Positions 36,137 through 48,975 of a stretch of 64,000 nt of DNA are shown here, one piece after another. The notes under the pieces are model-generated. The model worked only from the letters and a program-made list of their open reading frames with translations, was not told the DNA's origin and made no database searches. A program made the translations under genes and the position numbers. Numbering within the stretch: the first letter of the stretch is position 1; each line of letters starts with the position of its first letter. The DNA comes from Lama glama (taxonomy: Eukaryota). The stretch spans positions 96,288,001 through 96,352,000 of the forward strand of contig CM052816.1 of the NCBI GenBank assembly GCA_028534125.1. The letters are read 5' to 3'.

Positions 36137-36487
36137 TGCAGCATGCTGAATGCTTGTGCCCCACCCCCACCTCTCAAAATCCACGTGTTGAAAACCTCAT
36201 GCCTGCATGTGATGGTATCAGGAGGTGGTGAGGTCATGAGGGCGGAGCCCCTGTGAGCGGGACTGGTGTTCTTACAAAAGAGGCCCAGAGACGTAGCTAG
36301 CCCCTTTTGCCACATGAGGTTACACAGAGAGGTCTGTGACTCAGAAGGTGACCCTCACCTGATCGTGCAGGCACCCTGATTTTGGGCTTCCAGTCTGCAG
36401 AGCTGTGGGAAATACATTTCCGTGGTTTATAAACTGCCCCATCTGGTCTGTGGTGTTTTGTTAAAGCAGCCTGAACAGACTAAGGCA
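36137..36487 (+). mobile_element. MLT1A-like MaLR solo LTR
   Basis: tgtgatggtatcaggaggtgg..aggtcatgagggcggagccc..ggcaccctgattttgggcttccag..tttgttaaagcagcctgaacagactaaggca, with TG...CA ends. Confidence 0.85.
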
Positions 36488-36992
36488 CGTGCTGAGCGTC
36501 TAAAGGTTTACGGAGGGTTAGACAGTGAGCCTTGGGGCTGGGTTCTCCCTCCCGCAAACCATCCTGTGGCTCACAAACTTCTCCAAAGCCCAGGGAAGAG
36601 AGTTTCAATTTCTTCCTGTTCAAAGGCACAAAAATGCACTGCAGCTAAAGAAACTGACTTTAAGAGAAATGCGGTTATAAAAGAACACAGCTGGTACAGG
36701 CAGGTGCCTCTTGGCTGACTGTATGAAAGAAAGCAGCATTTTTTAGTCATATCTGATGACAGGTAAGATTGGGCTGGAAGGCGCACACTTTGTACGTATG
36801 ATGCGTTTACCTACAAATACTTAGTAGTTACTTTCAGTCGCAAAGATTCAAACATGACTGCCATAAAAATAACTGTAATGTTAATTCGCGTGCAGGTATC
36901 TGCAAACACAACTGTTTGGAAATCACTTCTAAGTCAGCGAGGTAACCACCACTTTTTTAGAAAGAGGCTTGTTCTTCTGTGATTATATGTTG

Positions 36993-39168
36993 TTTAATAT
37001 TTTATTGGGTATGATTGGTAAACAGTAATAGCACTTATAACATTTGATCCATTTTGACAAATGTGTACATTCATGAAACCATCAACACAAGAGAACAAAC
37101 ATGTTCGTCAACCCGAAGGGTTTCCTGTTTCCTTGGTAACCCCTCCCTCTTCTATCTCCCTGCCCACGCTGATCCCAGGTAGCCACTCATCTTTTGGATT
37201 CTACGTTTGTTTTCGTTTTCCGTGATGTTCTATGAATGGAATCATACAGCGTCACAATGGTTCCTGCTGGCTTCTTTCGCTCAGCATAATTCTTTTCAGA
37301 TTCTTTTATGTTGTGTATAACATCAGATCATTTCTTTTCATTGCTGAGTACTAGTCTGTTATTTGGATATAAGATCATTTGTTTAAATGTTTGCCTGCTG
37401 ATGGATATTTGAGTGGTTTCCAGTTTGGGGCTATTACAAATAAAGCTGTTTTGAACATTCATGTGCAAGGATTTGTAGCAACACTTCCTCTTGTGCTTGG
37501 GTAAATACCTAGCAGGGGAATGTCCAGATCACATGGTAAGTTATGTTTAATTTTAGAGGAGAGTGTCAAATAGTTCTCAAAACAATTGTCCCATTTTACA
37601 TTCCGACCAGCAGGGTGTGAGGGCATCCCCGTTGCTCTGCGAGCTCGCCAGCATTTGATGTTGTTAGGTTTGGGGTTTCTTCTGTTTTGTTTTGTTTTAG
37701 CTGTTCTAATACATGTGTAGTGGTTTACTTGTGGTTTTAATTTACTGTTTTCTAAAAAATGACATTGAGTATCTTTACATATGCTTTTTGCCATCTGCGT
37801 ATCTTCTTTGGTGAAATGTCTCTTCATAACACTTGGTAGTTGTTTTTTAGTGTTGAGTTTTAATTTGTTTTATATCTGATGGATACGAGTCTTCTGTCAG
37901 ACATCTGATTTGCTGATACTCTCCTGGGTGTGACTAGTCTTTTATTCTCTTAACGGTGTCTCTCAAAAGCAGAGGGTCCTGATTTTGATTATTTTTATTT
38001 CTTTCATGAGTGATGCTTTTGGTATTGTATCTAGGAAATCTTTGCTTAACCTAAGGTCACAGAAATATTCTCCTAGGTTTTCTTCTAGAAGTTTTATTGT
38101 GTTAGCTATTGGGCTGTGATCCATTTGAGTTTATCATCATAGGTAGAGCAAGCCGTTGATCAAAGTTCCTGGTTCCGCCTGTGGATAGCTAGTTGCTCCA
38201 GCACTACTCTGCTGCGGACTACTTTCTCCACTAAATTGCCTTTGTACCTTTTTGAAAAATCCATAACCCGCGTACATACGGCTCTATTTCTGGGCTTTCC
38301 ATTCTGTTCCTTTGCTCAGTCATTCGATTTTAATGCCACAACACTCTGATTATTGGAGCTTTACAATGAATCTTGAAGTCAGGTTGTATAAGCCTCCAGC
38401 AATGCCCTTTCTTTGCAAAATGCTTTTGTTGTTCTAGATACTTTGTATTTCCATATGAATTTTAGAGTTCACCTGTCAAATTTTGTTTTTTAAAACAGCC
38501 TTCTGGAATTGTAACTAAGATTCCTTTGATTCTGTAGTTCATTTAGAAGATTCAGTTTCCTTTAAGTGTACCAGTCATACACATATTTTGTGAGACTTAT
38601 TCCTAAGTATTTCTTATTTTTGATAATATTATAAATGTCATTCTGTTAATTTATGACTGCTCATTGCTGGTACATAGGAACAAAATGAATATTTTATACT
38701 GATCTTATATTATTTAGCTTTTACAAAGACATGCAGGCTTTAACTTTTAAGTAAGATGTTGCTTATATGTTTTTAGTAGCTATCCTTCGTCAGATTTAGG
38801 AAATTCATTTTTATTCCTAGTTGATTGAGAATTTTTATAAGGAATGGACTTTTGGATCTTATCAAATGGTACTGTATTGAAACTATCTGTATCTGTTGAG
38901 ATGTTCATATAGGTTTACTTCCCAGAATGTTAAATATGGTGAATTACATTGGTCCAGTTTTAAGCGTTACAACAACCTTGCCCCCATGACATCCTCCCTA
39001 TGTAATTATGAGCCATTAACTTTTTTATGTAGTTTGGAGTTTTGTTTATTAAAATCCTGTTATTCATTTTTGTATCTAAGTTCATGAGGAATATTCACAT
39101 GTAGTTTTCTTTTCTTCTAATATCTTTGTCTGGTTTTGATGTCAGATTAAAGCTGACCTCATAGAATG
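36993..39168 (-). mobile_element. Old LINE-1 (L1MC/L1MD-like), 3' UTR plus degraded ORF2
   Basis: Minus ORF MKRHFTKEDTQMAK...LPCDLDIPLLGIYP. Also tttccagtttggggctattacaaataaagctg and ttctcctaggttttcttctagaagttttat motifs. Confidence 0.85.
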
Positions 39169-39199
39169 TTGTGTAGAGTTGATTTTATTTCTTGGGTCT

Positions 39200-40110
39200 T
39201 CCATGTTTCTACTTAATATGTTCAGTCTTCCTTCCAGCTCCTTGGATGTATGCAATACAATTATAATAACTATTTTTAAATGTTCTTGACTACAAATTCT
39301 GTCATCTATGTCATTTCTGTGCCAAGTTCAATTGACTAACTTTTCTCTTCATAATAGGTTGTTTTTTAACAGCTTCTTGGCATATCTGGTAATTTTAGAT
39401 TAGATGTAAGTGAGACATTGTGACCTTTTCCTTGTGCTTTGGACACTCTTGTATTTCCCCAAACATGCTAGAGCTCCTCTTTGAGACAAGATCAAGTTAT
39501 GTGAAATCAGTGTGACCTTTTTGGTTTTTGCTTGTTTAAGCTTTGTTAGTTGAAATCGGGGCAGAGGTTGATCTGGGATGATTTCTCCCCACTAGGGAAG
39601 CGAGACACTTCTTGGTACCTTAACGGATGCCAGTGAGTTAGGAAGCTTCTCAGGCTGGCTCTTAGGAGCAAGCACTTCTCCCAGCCCTTTGTGAGCCACA
39701 TGCCCTGTTCCCTCTGATCTTCTTCGATGGATCTCTCCCTACCCACGTGTCGTTTCTTCCACCGGCTTCTCACAGCTGAATACTTGAGGGGGGGGTGCAA
39801 AACGGTGAGGAGCTGGGGTTTTCTCCTTGTGCAGCCCTCTCTTTCTGAGAACCCCAGCTGCTTTGGCTTCCTTCAGTTCTCAGCTCTGCCTCTTCAGTCA
39901 CTCTTTGCCCTCCACCACCACCTGGAAATCTTCTCAAGGTTGTAGGCGGGGTCCATTGTGGGGCTCATCTCATGTTTCCTTCACCTGGTGATCACTGTCC
40001 CTCATTGCCTGATGTCCAATATCTTCAGAACTGTTCATATATATATATATTATCTGTTGTTTTCAGTGGAAGAGTTAATTCCATTTCTGTTGCCCAGCTT
40101 GGTTGGAAGC
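39200..40110 (-). mobile_element. Probable ancient L1M 5'/ORF1-region fragments
   Basis: gcaatacaattataataactattttaaatgttcttg...gatcactgtccctcattgcctgatgtccaatatctt resembles old L1M sequence. Family uncertain. Confidence 0.45.
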
Positions 40111-41136
40111 AGAGGTCATTCTGTGACATCACAATCTTGAGTGCATTATCCCCCTTTCCTTCCCTTTCTTGCTGGGATCACTAAACTGATTTCCTAGACC
40201 TCCTGTCAATCTTTGCTCTGTCTCCACAGGCTCCTGGGATCACAGATTTATGTCCGTGCACGTGCTTTGGTGCTTTGGCCCCTTGCAAGCACAGTTGTGA
40301 CACTTCCTTGTTTCTCTTATGCAGAATGGGTTTCTGTCTTGTGTGACGCACTTAGTTACTGAAAGAAAATTTGATAAGTGAATATGTAAGCCATGAGTAT
40401 TCCATACAAGAATAGATTTAGTTCATATCTTCATCTATTGATAAAATCCCTTTAAGCGTGATTTTCTTACTTTGTGCCAAACACATGGTATCAACATTCT
40501 GCTTGGATTGTCACCATTTATCTATTTCACTTTCAACTTATAGACTATGAGATATGTTTGTTTTCTCAAAGGAATAATAAACAGCAAAACAAGGAGAGCC
40601 TTACTTAGCCATCTATTTTTTCCCCAAGTTTATGCAAATTCCACCAGAATGGGTTTATTTGTGAATTGATCGATATGACTTATCCAGTCATCAAAAATAG
40701 TATTATTATACTTAAGATTGCTAATATAAGATAAATATGGCAGAGTTCTTGCTCTTGACAATGCTGCAGTCCATTAGTGGAGGCAGAATTACAAACACAC
40801 AATTAAATGTCAGTGAAATACGTGCATTGAGTCTGTGAAACAGGCCTGAGATGCTGGTGGCCTGAATTAAAAGAGACAGTTAAGATGGGGAGGAGGGAAA
40901 GAACCCCAGAAGCCATGTCTCTAGGACTTGGCCTAGAAGGGAGGGAGACCAGCAGGGAGCCCCCCCCGGATTTTCATATTAAACTTTTGAATGTGTGGTT
41001 GTATCGCTGTTGACTGGGACAGAGGAAACACAGGCAGCACATTTGGAGAAGAATCGTTTAAAATTGCTTTAGTTATCACGTCTTTTTTCCCTTTGTTGTT
41101 CTTGACCCTTTTTTTGCCCTTTTGCTGTTGTCTTCA

Positions 41137-41656
41137 TTTTTATTTTTTTCCAGCTTTATTGAGAGATAATGGACACATAGCATTGTGTAGGTTTAAGGTG
41201 CACACTGTGTTGATTAGATACATTTATAAATTGCAAAATGATGACCACCATAGCATTAGCTACCACCTCCAACCTGGCACATAATTACCCTTTCTTTTCT
41301 GTGGTGAGAAGTTTTAAGATCTACTCTCTCAGCACCATTCAAGTATATGATACAGTATTATTAGCCATAATCACCATGCTGTACATTAGCTCCTTGGACT
41401 TACTAATCTTATAAAACTAGATGTTTGTACCCTTTGACCACCATTTTCCCAACCCCCCAACCCCCAACCCCTGGTAACTTCCACTCCAATGTGTGTTTCT
41501 CTGAGTTTGTCAGTTTTAGATTCCACCTATGAGTGAAATCATATAGAGTTTATCCTCTCTGTCTGACTTATTTCACTTAGCATAATACCCTCAAGGTCCA
41601 GCCAAGTTGTTGCAAATGGCAGGGTTTACTTCTTTCTCATGGCTGAGTAATATTCC

Positions 41657-41709
<53 letters not shown>

Positions 41710-41845
41710 TCTTCTTTATCCGTTAACGTGTTATTGGACCCTTAGGTCGTTTCCATATCTTGGCTATTGTGAGTAATGCTGCAATGAACATAGTAGAGCA
41801 GACACCTCTGTGAGATCCTGGTTTTAATTCCCTTGGATGGACAGC
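41137..41845 (-). mobile_element. LINE-1 3' end (L1MA9-like)
   Basis: ccagctttattgagagataat...gtggtgagaagttttaagatctactctctcagca...gtctgacttatttcacttagcataat...tttccatatcttggctattgtg. Confidence 0.88.
41659..41708. repeat. (TG)25 microsatellite inside L1
   Basis: Read directly from the sequence. Confidence 0.95.
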
Positions 41846-42298
41846 AGAAGGGGGACCAATTTAGTAACCATTCTTATCTGCTATTTTCCACCAGAATATT
41901 AAGAATCCTATGTGGCAGGTAATAGTAATTAGTTCCCTGAAATCACCTTTAAAATAAATTCTGTCTTTAGCAGTAAATGTAACGCCACTCAATTATATTC
42001 AGATTTGGCTTCGCTTGGGTCATCACAGTCTTTCTATTTGACTTCCAGCAGCTGGTCCTCAGTAAATTGCAGCACACAGGTTCTGTTACACCTTATAACT
42101 ACTCACCATTGAATTGAATCACTTTATGATTCAGGTCATTACTATAGAACAGGTCACTTATACTCTTTCTCAGCGTTTCATAATTGGATATTTCAGATGA
42201 ATGCATCATAATGAAATCTTCCAAAGCTGTTGAAAAGAGGAGTCCTGAGACTCAAGTTGGATTTTGTACAACAAGGAGATAAAGGGACACAAGAACAG

Positions 42299-42798
42299 NN
42301 NNNNNNNNNNNNNNNNNNNNNNNNNNNNNNNNNNNNNNNNNNNNNNNNNNNNNNNNNNNNNNNNNNNNNNNNNNNNNNNNNNNNNNNNNNNNNNNNNNNN
42401 NNNNNNNNNNNNNNNNNNNNNNNNNNNNNNNNNNNNNNNNNNNNNNNNNNNNNNNNNNNNNNNNNNNNNNNNNNNNNNNNNNNNNNNNNNNNNNNNNNNN
42501 NNNNNNNNNNNNNNNNNNNNNNNNNNNNNNNNNNNNNNNNNNNNNNNNNNNNNNNNNNNNNNNNNNNNNNNNNNNNNNNNNNNNNNNNNNNNNNNNNNNN
42601 NNNNNNNNNNNNNNNNNNNNNNNNNNNNNNNNNNNNNNNNNNNNNNNNNNNNNNNNNNNNNNNNNNNNNNNNNNNNNNNNNNNNNNNNNNNNNNNNNNNN
42701 NNNNNNNNNNNNNNNNNNNNNNNNNNNNNNNNNNNNNNNNNNNNNNNNNNNNNNNNNNNNNNNNNNNNNNNNNNNNNNNNNNNNNNNNNNNNNNNNNN
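42299..42798. other. Assembly gap (exactly 500 N)
   Basis: Fixed-length N run, so the true size is unknown. Confidence 0.99.
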
Positions 42799-44417
42799 TG
42801 GGCCCAGGAAGGAATGTGAGAGGCATTGAAAAAGCAGTGATGATCACTTACATATTTCCTGCAACGACTCCTATGAAGCCACAAACATGAAGAGTCCTGA
42901 GTATTGTTCCTTGTAAGCATTTTTAAAAGATGGATTCTGAGTCAATAAAACTAGTTCGAGTCATTGAAATCATGACAAAACAAAGTTTTAATAGGACTTC
43001 CAGTTAAAGCTACTGCTGTGGACACATGTGGCTACTTTCTCTCCTGCCGAGAACTCATTTATACAGTATTTCTGAGGCAGTTTTATTTTGAAAAGCATGA
43101 ATCAAGTAACACAGTTCTTACCGTGTCCACATATCTGATGGGAGGGGTGAATTCATGGCAAGTTCATAGCAACTGGACAACCACCTTCACAAAGCAGGAG
43201 AGCCCTGGGCTTGGGCTGGAAGGGGGTTGGACACGGAACAGAAATCCATCAGTTCTCCACACTGCTCAGGTGTGGATGGGGTTCATCTAGCAATAAGTAT
43301 GAATGCTGGATTTGGATGGAACCAGGAGTGCAGCACGAATGGTGGGAGATGGGAAGGCTGCATCAGTGTGGGAGACACAGGGAGTGGGGTAGGGAGTAAA
43401 GAGCTGAATCCCTTTCCTTAGGGCTCAGATAAGGGGCAGTGCCTGCTACTGGAAGATGCTTCTTGTGGCTCAATGGGATAAATATCCGGATATGGAACTG
43501 AAAGGGTTGGGGGCAGGATTTTCCTAATAAATCTTAGAGAGTTAACTCCTACGTTATATGCATGTTTAGCATTGGTAAAATTATTTTAAAAGTATGGCCA
43601 TAACTAGGTGTATTACGGGTTCCCTCTCATGAAGCATCCTTTATTATCAAATAGAAGGACCGTGATCTAGGGCTGTGCCAAGGTCAGACTGTGGCCCTGT
43701 AGATTTGGCCTTGTTTCTGGAGAATAACAATTCTTGCCAAATTAATCATCCTAAACTTATAGTCCTAAATTCCACCACCCAAAAATGGCATGCCCCACTT
43801 GCCAGGGTCCTCCCACCTGTGTTTGTAAGGGAGGAACCTGGTACTGAGGAAAGGGAGGTGAGATTGAGACATGCCGTCAAGGTATTAACCAGAGGAATCT
43901 TGTAAAAATTTCTTGTAGATTAAGTTATCATATGTTGGGTTGTCATTTGGATAGCTGCCATCTTAACACTTTGAATCTGTGATCTCAGGGCTGAAAATAT
44001 TCACTAATCTCAAACTCAACATAATGTGGCCCCAAAAAGCAAATTCTGGTTCCATCATTTTAACTGTAATCTTCTAAAAAACAACTAAACTTAACAGCAG
44101 AGTAATCAGCATTTTCGGTCACTTATTAAGTGAAAGACTGTTCGGGGATCACCATTTTTTTCCACATACAGTTACATTTATTGTCTCATTCTCGCTGCTG
44201 ACGCAGGAACCATGCAGATTCCTTTTGCAGGTAACCTGAACACTGAGCGTTTCCTTCAATGCCCAATCTGACAAACAGCGTGCTTTTAGCTTTGTGGAGT
44301 GGCTGGTGGGTGTCAGGATCTGAAGTCTGGAAGAGCCCTGTCTTTCACTTAAGGAAGGAAGCCCCTGGCTCTCTTTCTGCCGTCTGAGACGCTCGCCCTC
44401 TGCCTTGTCTCCGCCAG

Positions 44418-44643
44418 GAGTACCAGCCTTGTAATACGAACCCGTGCCCGGAGCTGAAGAAGACCACGCCCTGGACGCCCTGGACGCCCGTCAACATCTC
44501 GGACAACGGGGGCCATTACGAGCAGCGATTTCGATACACGTGCAAGGCCCGCCTGCCTGACCCCAACTTGCTGGAAGTGGGAAGACAGAGGATTGAGATG
44601 CGGTACTGTTCTAGTGACGGGACCAGCGGCTGCTCCACCGACG
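44418..44643 (+). CDS. SEMA5A: SEMA5A coding exon, 226 nt, atypical TSR (absent from the supplied ORF track)
   Basis: Acceptor ttgtctccgccag|GAG, donor ACG|gtgagt. Manual translation: EYQPCNTNPCPELKKTTPWTPWTPVNISDNGGHYEQRFRYTCKARLPDPNLLEVGRQRIEMRYCSSDGTSGCSTD(G). Phase 0-1 bridges the flanking exons. Confidence 0.95.
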
Positions 44644-46220
44644 GTGAGTGGCGACTCCGTAGGGACCGAGCTACTTCCACAAGCAGGCATTCCATCTCAG
44701 CTCTGAGTTCAGAGAAGAGCCTGGGGGCGGGGGGAATTTCCTTTTGATTAGAACGATCTTTATAACAACAGTCTCTCTAGAGCAGAACTGGCTTTACAAC
44801 AAATGGATGGGACAGATCATCACTATAAAAACTCAGCTACATGTTGAGGTGGTCCTGTTTCCTCAGCCCTTGAAATAACACTGTATTTTTAGTCGGTCAA
44901 GAAGAGTTCATGGGAGCTTTATTTAGTATCAGGAAATACATTGAGGAAGGCTCAGCGTCCTCCCAGAGTTGTTCTGGCTCTGAAAGGTCGGCTGCCAATA
45001 AGCTTTTCCTTTTTTAATCTCAGAACTGGACAAAGACAACAGAAGTGCATCTCTATGTTTATAGCCATGAAAGCATCTTTCTGTTAAAAAGTACATGTGG
45101 TCCTTTAATAGTCTTTGAAATTCCTTTGCCCCTTGCAGTCATATAAGTCCCTTCAATGCCATGTGACTCATGCAGGCAGAGCCCAGAAGCGGACAGGCAG
45201 GTGCTCTCCCTGCCTGGCCTTGATGCTGACTGGGCAGCTCACCTCAGGCTACTCACTTGCTCCCCCTGGAGCTCAGGTGTCTTAACTGCAGGGAAGTGCG
45301 GGAGGCTGGCCATCCCACAGAGATTCATTTCTTCCTTCTTTAAGAGCAGAAAGGAATCTTCTCCTGCCACCTCCTTCTTTATCTCTCCTGTCATTCTCAC
45401 CTAACTTAACAAAACCTGTCCAAGTCAAAGAACCAAATAAGTGCTCACAGAAGGTTCTTGGAGCACAACTTGATGAGAACAGGAGTAGTAACGTCTTGCA
45501 CTAGAACACGCGAACATTTCTCACCCTTTTGTATTTATGATCCTACCTGGTGCTCCCAACGTAACTGTGATTTAGAAAGCCAGTCAGCACCAACGCCATG
45601 TTTAGAGAAGGAGCTTTAGCTTTAGCCCAGAGTGGTTGCCCTTGAAGAACCACAGCTCTGGTGAGTTGCCATGTTGGGCTGACGTGAAGGGATAAGTTCA
45701 TGTTGGTGCCATGAACTCCCTCCCATGTTGCCAGAAGGAACCTCTTCTGCAGCATGGCGCTGGGGGAGGGCTGCACAAATGTCACGGATCTCGGTGGCTC
45801 CTCCCGGAAGCTGCTGAACACCCAGGGCAGCGTGGAGCTGCCAGCCTGGATGCTTGGAGGCCCAACAGTTGCCTCAAGGTCCACCCCGAGTTGTGTTCTC
45901 ATGGACATCAGCCGACTCCTGACCTCAAGCTGTTCTGCTCACTGCAGTTCAGCAACCATACAAGCTTGTTCATTGTTTCTTGAGAAAAAAATGTCTGCTT
46001 TAGTGAAGAATTTGGTGTGAATAAGTCTACAATTTAACTCAGAGAAATAAACACCAACCAGCTAGAAAATCAAGCAAAATGACGTTCACTCTGACTAATT
46101 CTGTAAAGCCCTGCTTTAGTGAGAAAAACAAGGCATATGATGGAATGCCAAGAGACAAATAACTGAAGACCCATTTTAAAGATCTAAATATCACAAGGGA
46201 TGGCCTTGTCATCTCAAGTG

Positions 46221-46440
46221 AGGCTTATGAGATAAAGTACAAAATGCCCAGTTGAATGTGAATCTCAGATATTTTTTAAGAATTTTTCTAGTGCAAGCAT
46301 ATCTCATGAGTCTTTTTTTTAATAAGTGTATCCTATGTGATATTTGGTACATATTTATCCTAAAATCTTACTTATTATTTATCTGAAACTAAAATTTAAC
46401 TGAACAACGTGTATTTTGTTTGCTAACCCTGGTAACCCTG
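46221..46440. mobile_element. MER53-like palindromic hAT MITE
   Basis: agataaagtacaaaatgcccagttgaatgtgaatctcagata ... tatctgaaactaaaatttaactgaacaacgtgtatttt..ctggtaaccctg are inverted arms matching the recalled MER53 consensus. Confidence 0.8.
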
Positions 46441-47537
46441 TCTCCAAGTCAGTCACTTATTCCCTCATTTCAGAGTAGGCTGTGAGCTTTGTGTGACATC
46501 ATTCAACGTTGAGAAAAAAAGAGAAAGTGAATAACAGCCTTTCCTTATACATTAAGTTTATTCTCTTTTCTGAACATATATTTTTAATCCTTCCATTCAG
46601 ATGCATACAAAACCAAAGCTAATATTATTTTAAATGATAGCAGTCTAAGCTAAGGACAATGCTGATACACGTGTATAAAAGACGTCCTCTATTTCCTCCA
46701 AAATTACATCGTAGGCATGGATAAAAAGCACTTCATCTTTCTTGTGTCTTAATGGCTTCAGGTTCTCATGATCATCCACAGGGTTTGGTATTGATATCCT
46801 GAGAGTACAAAATGGGGCTTGTTTGCCTCCGACCACACAAACTGAGACTGAATTGTGTTCTTTATTGATTAGCCACAAAGTACTGGCTCATCCCAGGAAA
46901 AGGTTTCCAATCCATTTTCTCTGAAGAGCATCCCGCCTCAGTTTCTGAGCCAGAGTTTTCAAGCAAACAAAAAGGAACTTTGAACAGTGGCTCGGACTGT
47001 TCACACATCGGCCTTCTCACCCGTCCCCAGGACTTGGTGGCATACTTTGAGATGTTTTTGTTAAAACTTCTGTCACGTTGCCTACACTGAGGAAACGACT
47101 GAATCTTTTTTAATTGTAAGTCAGTAGGCATTTTCATCAAAATGAACGTGAGTTGCACGAGCAGTTTGTTGCAGAATTCCAAAGGAAGTGAGAAAGGCGT
47201 ATCTTCTTTGTAAGGAATTTCTCAGAACAGTAAGTCCCCTATCACAAAAACCCTGTTACTTGTATAAGGACTTTGCCACATTCACAAATTGAGTTCTTGG
47301 TTGCTCCCCTGTTTAATAGCAATTGCAGAGAAAGAAGATTGAGTTATAGGAGATTATCACCCAAAGTACAATTTCTTTTTCTTTTTCTGCTTCTTAAGTA
47401 GGAAAAGTGTTTAACTGATTTCTCAGAGTGTAGGTGCAGAAGCAAAGCAGATAGTGGATCCAGAATGAACATTCCTTTGGACTCCGACCACTCTGGGAAC
47501 TCCTAACGCAGTCTCCCTTTGGCCATTTCCTTGGCAG

Positions 47538-47756
47538 GTCTTTCTGGGGATTTCCTGCGAGCTGGGAGGTACTCTGCCCACACCGTCAACGGGGCCTGGT
47601 CAGCCTGGACATCGTGGTCCCAGTGCAGCCGGGACTGCAGCCGGGGCATTCGGAACCGGAAGCGAGTCTGCAACAACCCCGAGCCCAAGTACGGGGGCAT
47701 GCCTTGCCTGGGCCCGGCCCTGGAATACCAGGAATGCAACATTCTGCCTTGCCCAG
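47538..47756 (+). CDS. SEMA5A: SEMA5A coding exon, 219 nt, TSR
   Basis: Acceptor atttccttggcag|GT, donor CAG|gtgcgt. Encodes (G)LSGDFLRAGRYSAHTVNGAWSAWTSWSQCSRDCSRGIRNRKRVCNNPEPKYGGMPCLGPALEYQECNILPCP. Phase 1-1. Confidence 0.96.
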
Positions 47757-47860
47757 GTGCGTGGACTGAGTGATCGTGAACAGATGTAAACACCAAGGGC
47801 CTTGGAAGACCTTCTCTCTCACATGCCACAGCTTTATGTTTGAGGTCCACTCTGTGATAA

Positions 47861-47895
<35 letters not shown>
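47861..47895. repeat. (ATTG)8 microsatellite followed by AT-rich low-complexity sequence
   Basis: Read directly from the sequence. Confidence 0.93.
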
Positions 47896-48839
47896 TCTAT
47901 ATATAATATAGAAATATAAATAATATAGATATATTTATATTTATTAAATATATATATTTGTGTTTATACCAACTGCACTGGTATAAGGACAGATATAACC
48001 TAAACTGGATTATATTCATCTATTTCTTCTGATTTAAAAGAAACTGAAGCATTGTCGGGAGCCCCTGTAAGGGATGGTGGGCTCCAGGCACTGTACCTCA
48101 TGGAGAAGTGGGCTGTGGTACCATGGTCTGGAGTGATCTGTCGTGTCCTTGAAACTGGAGGCTGGCCCCTCCCAGACTCTGATGGGCCCAGCCCTCCAGG
48201 AACGGGCCTCCGTTCATACCACAGAGTATGTCACTCACCAGAGTGACAGTCATCAATGGTGACCCACCAGAAGCCTACCTTCGATTTTGGTCAGAGTGAG
48301 TGCTCCAGGAGGGCAGGGGCTGCTGTGACCCTCCCACTCTCTGCAGTGTCCTCAGCTCCCAGTGCGGGCCTGGCTCACACAGCGCCAGGGATGGTTGTGA
48401 GTGGTGGGAAAATGAGCAGTGGCTTGCTTGATCTTCCTTTCTTCGTTCATTCCATTTTTCAGCAAACACTTTTGGATCACCCATTCCGTGCCACCCAGAG
48501 TACACAGAGCTGCAGTGGCATGAACTGGGTCAGAATGGAACTTAAGAGTTTAGTGAGGAAGCATCCTGTGAATAATGTCAGCCCAGTGTGGCCACAGCTG
48601 TTGGGCTGATGAGAAGATGTAGTGGCTCCATCAGCCAGGGGCCCACTGAGCTGGGATCGTGGCCTTGAGCAAGCTGCCCCTGGACTGAGTCTGGAGAGAC
48701 AAATAAGAGTTGGCCATACAGATGAGCAAGGATGGAGAAAGAGGATAATTCCCAGTGCTGTGCACAGCACTTTTAAAGGCACAGAAGCCTGCAAGTACCA
48801 CATCTTTTTCTGTAGGTGCAAACAATGTTCTGAGTTCCT

Positions 48840-48975
48840 TAAGCAAGGAACTGGCTCATAGCAGGACTTAGCGAGCATCTGTTGGATGGGTAGATAGATG
48901 GTTGGATGAATGAGTACATGGGTGGATTGGTGGAGAGATAGATGGATGGATAGATGGGTGGATAGATGGATGAAC
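48840..48975 (+). mobile_element. L2 3' end with expanded (TGGA/TAGA)n tail
   Basis: ctggctcatagcaggacttagcgagcatctgttggatgg followed by degenerate ggat/agat repeats. Confidence 0.6.

Noticed and set aside
42206..42920. Long ORFs of about 200 aa here and at 59863-60712
   Set aside because: They are artefacts of translating the 500-N gaps.
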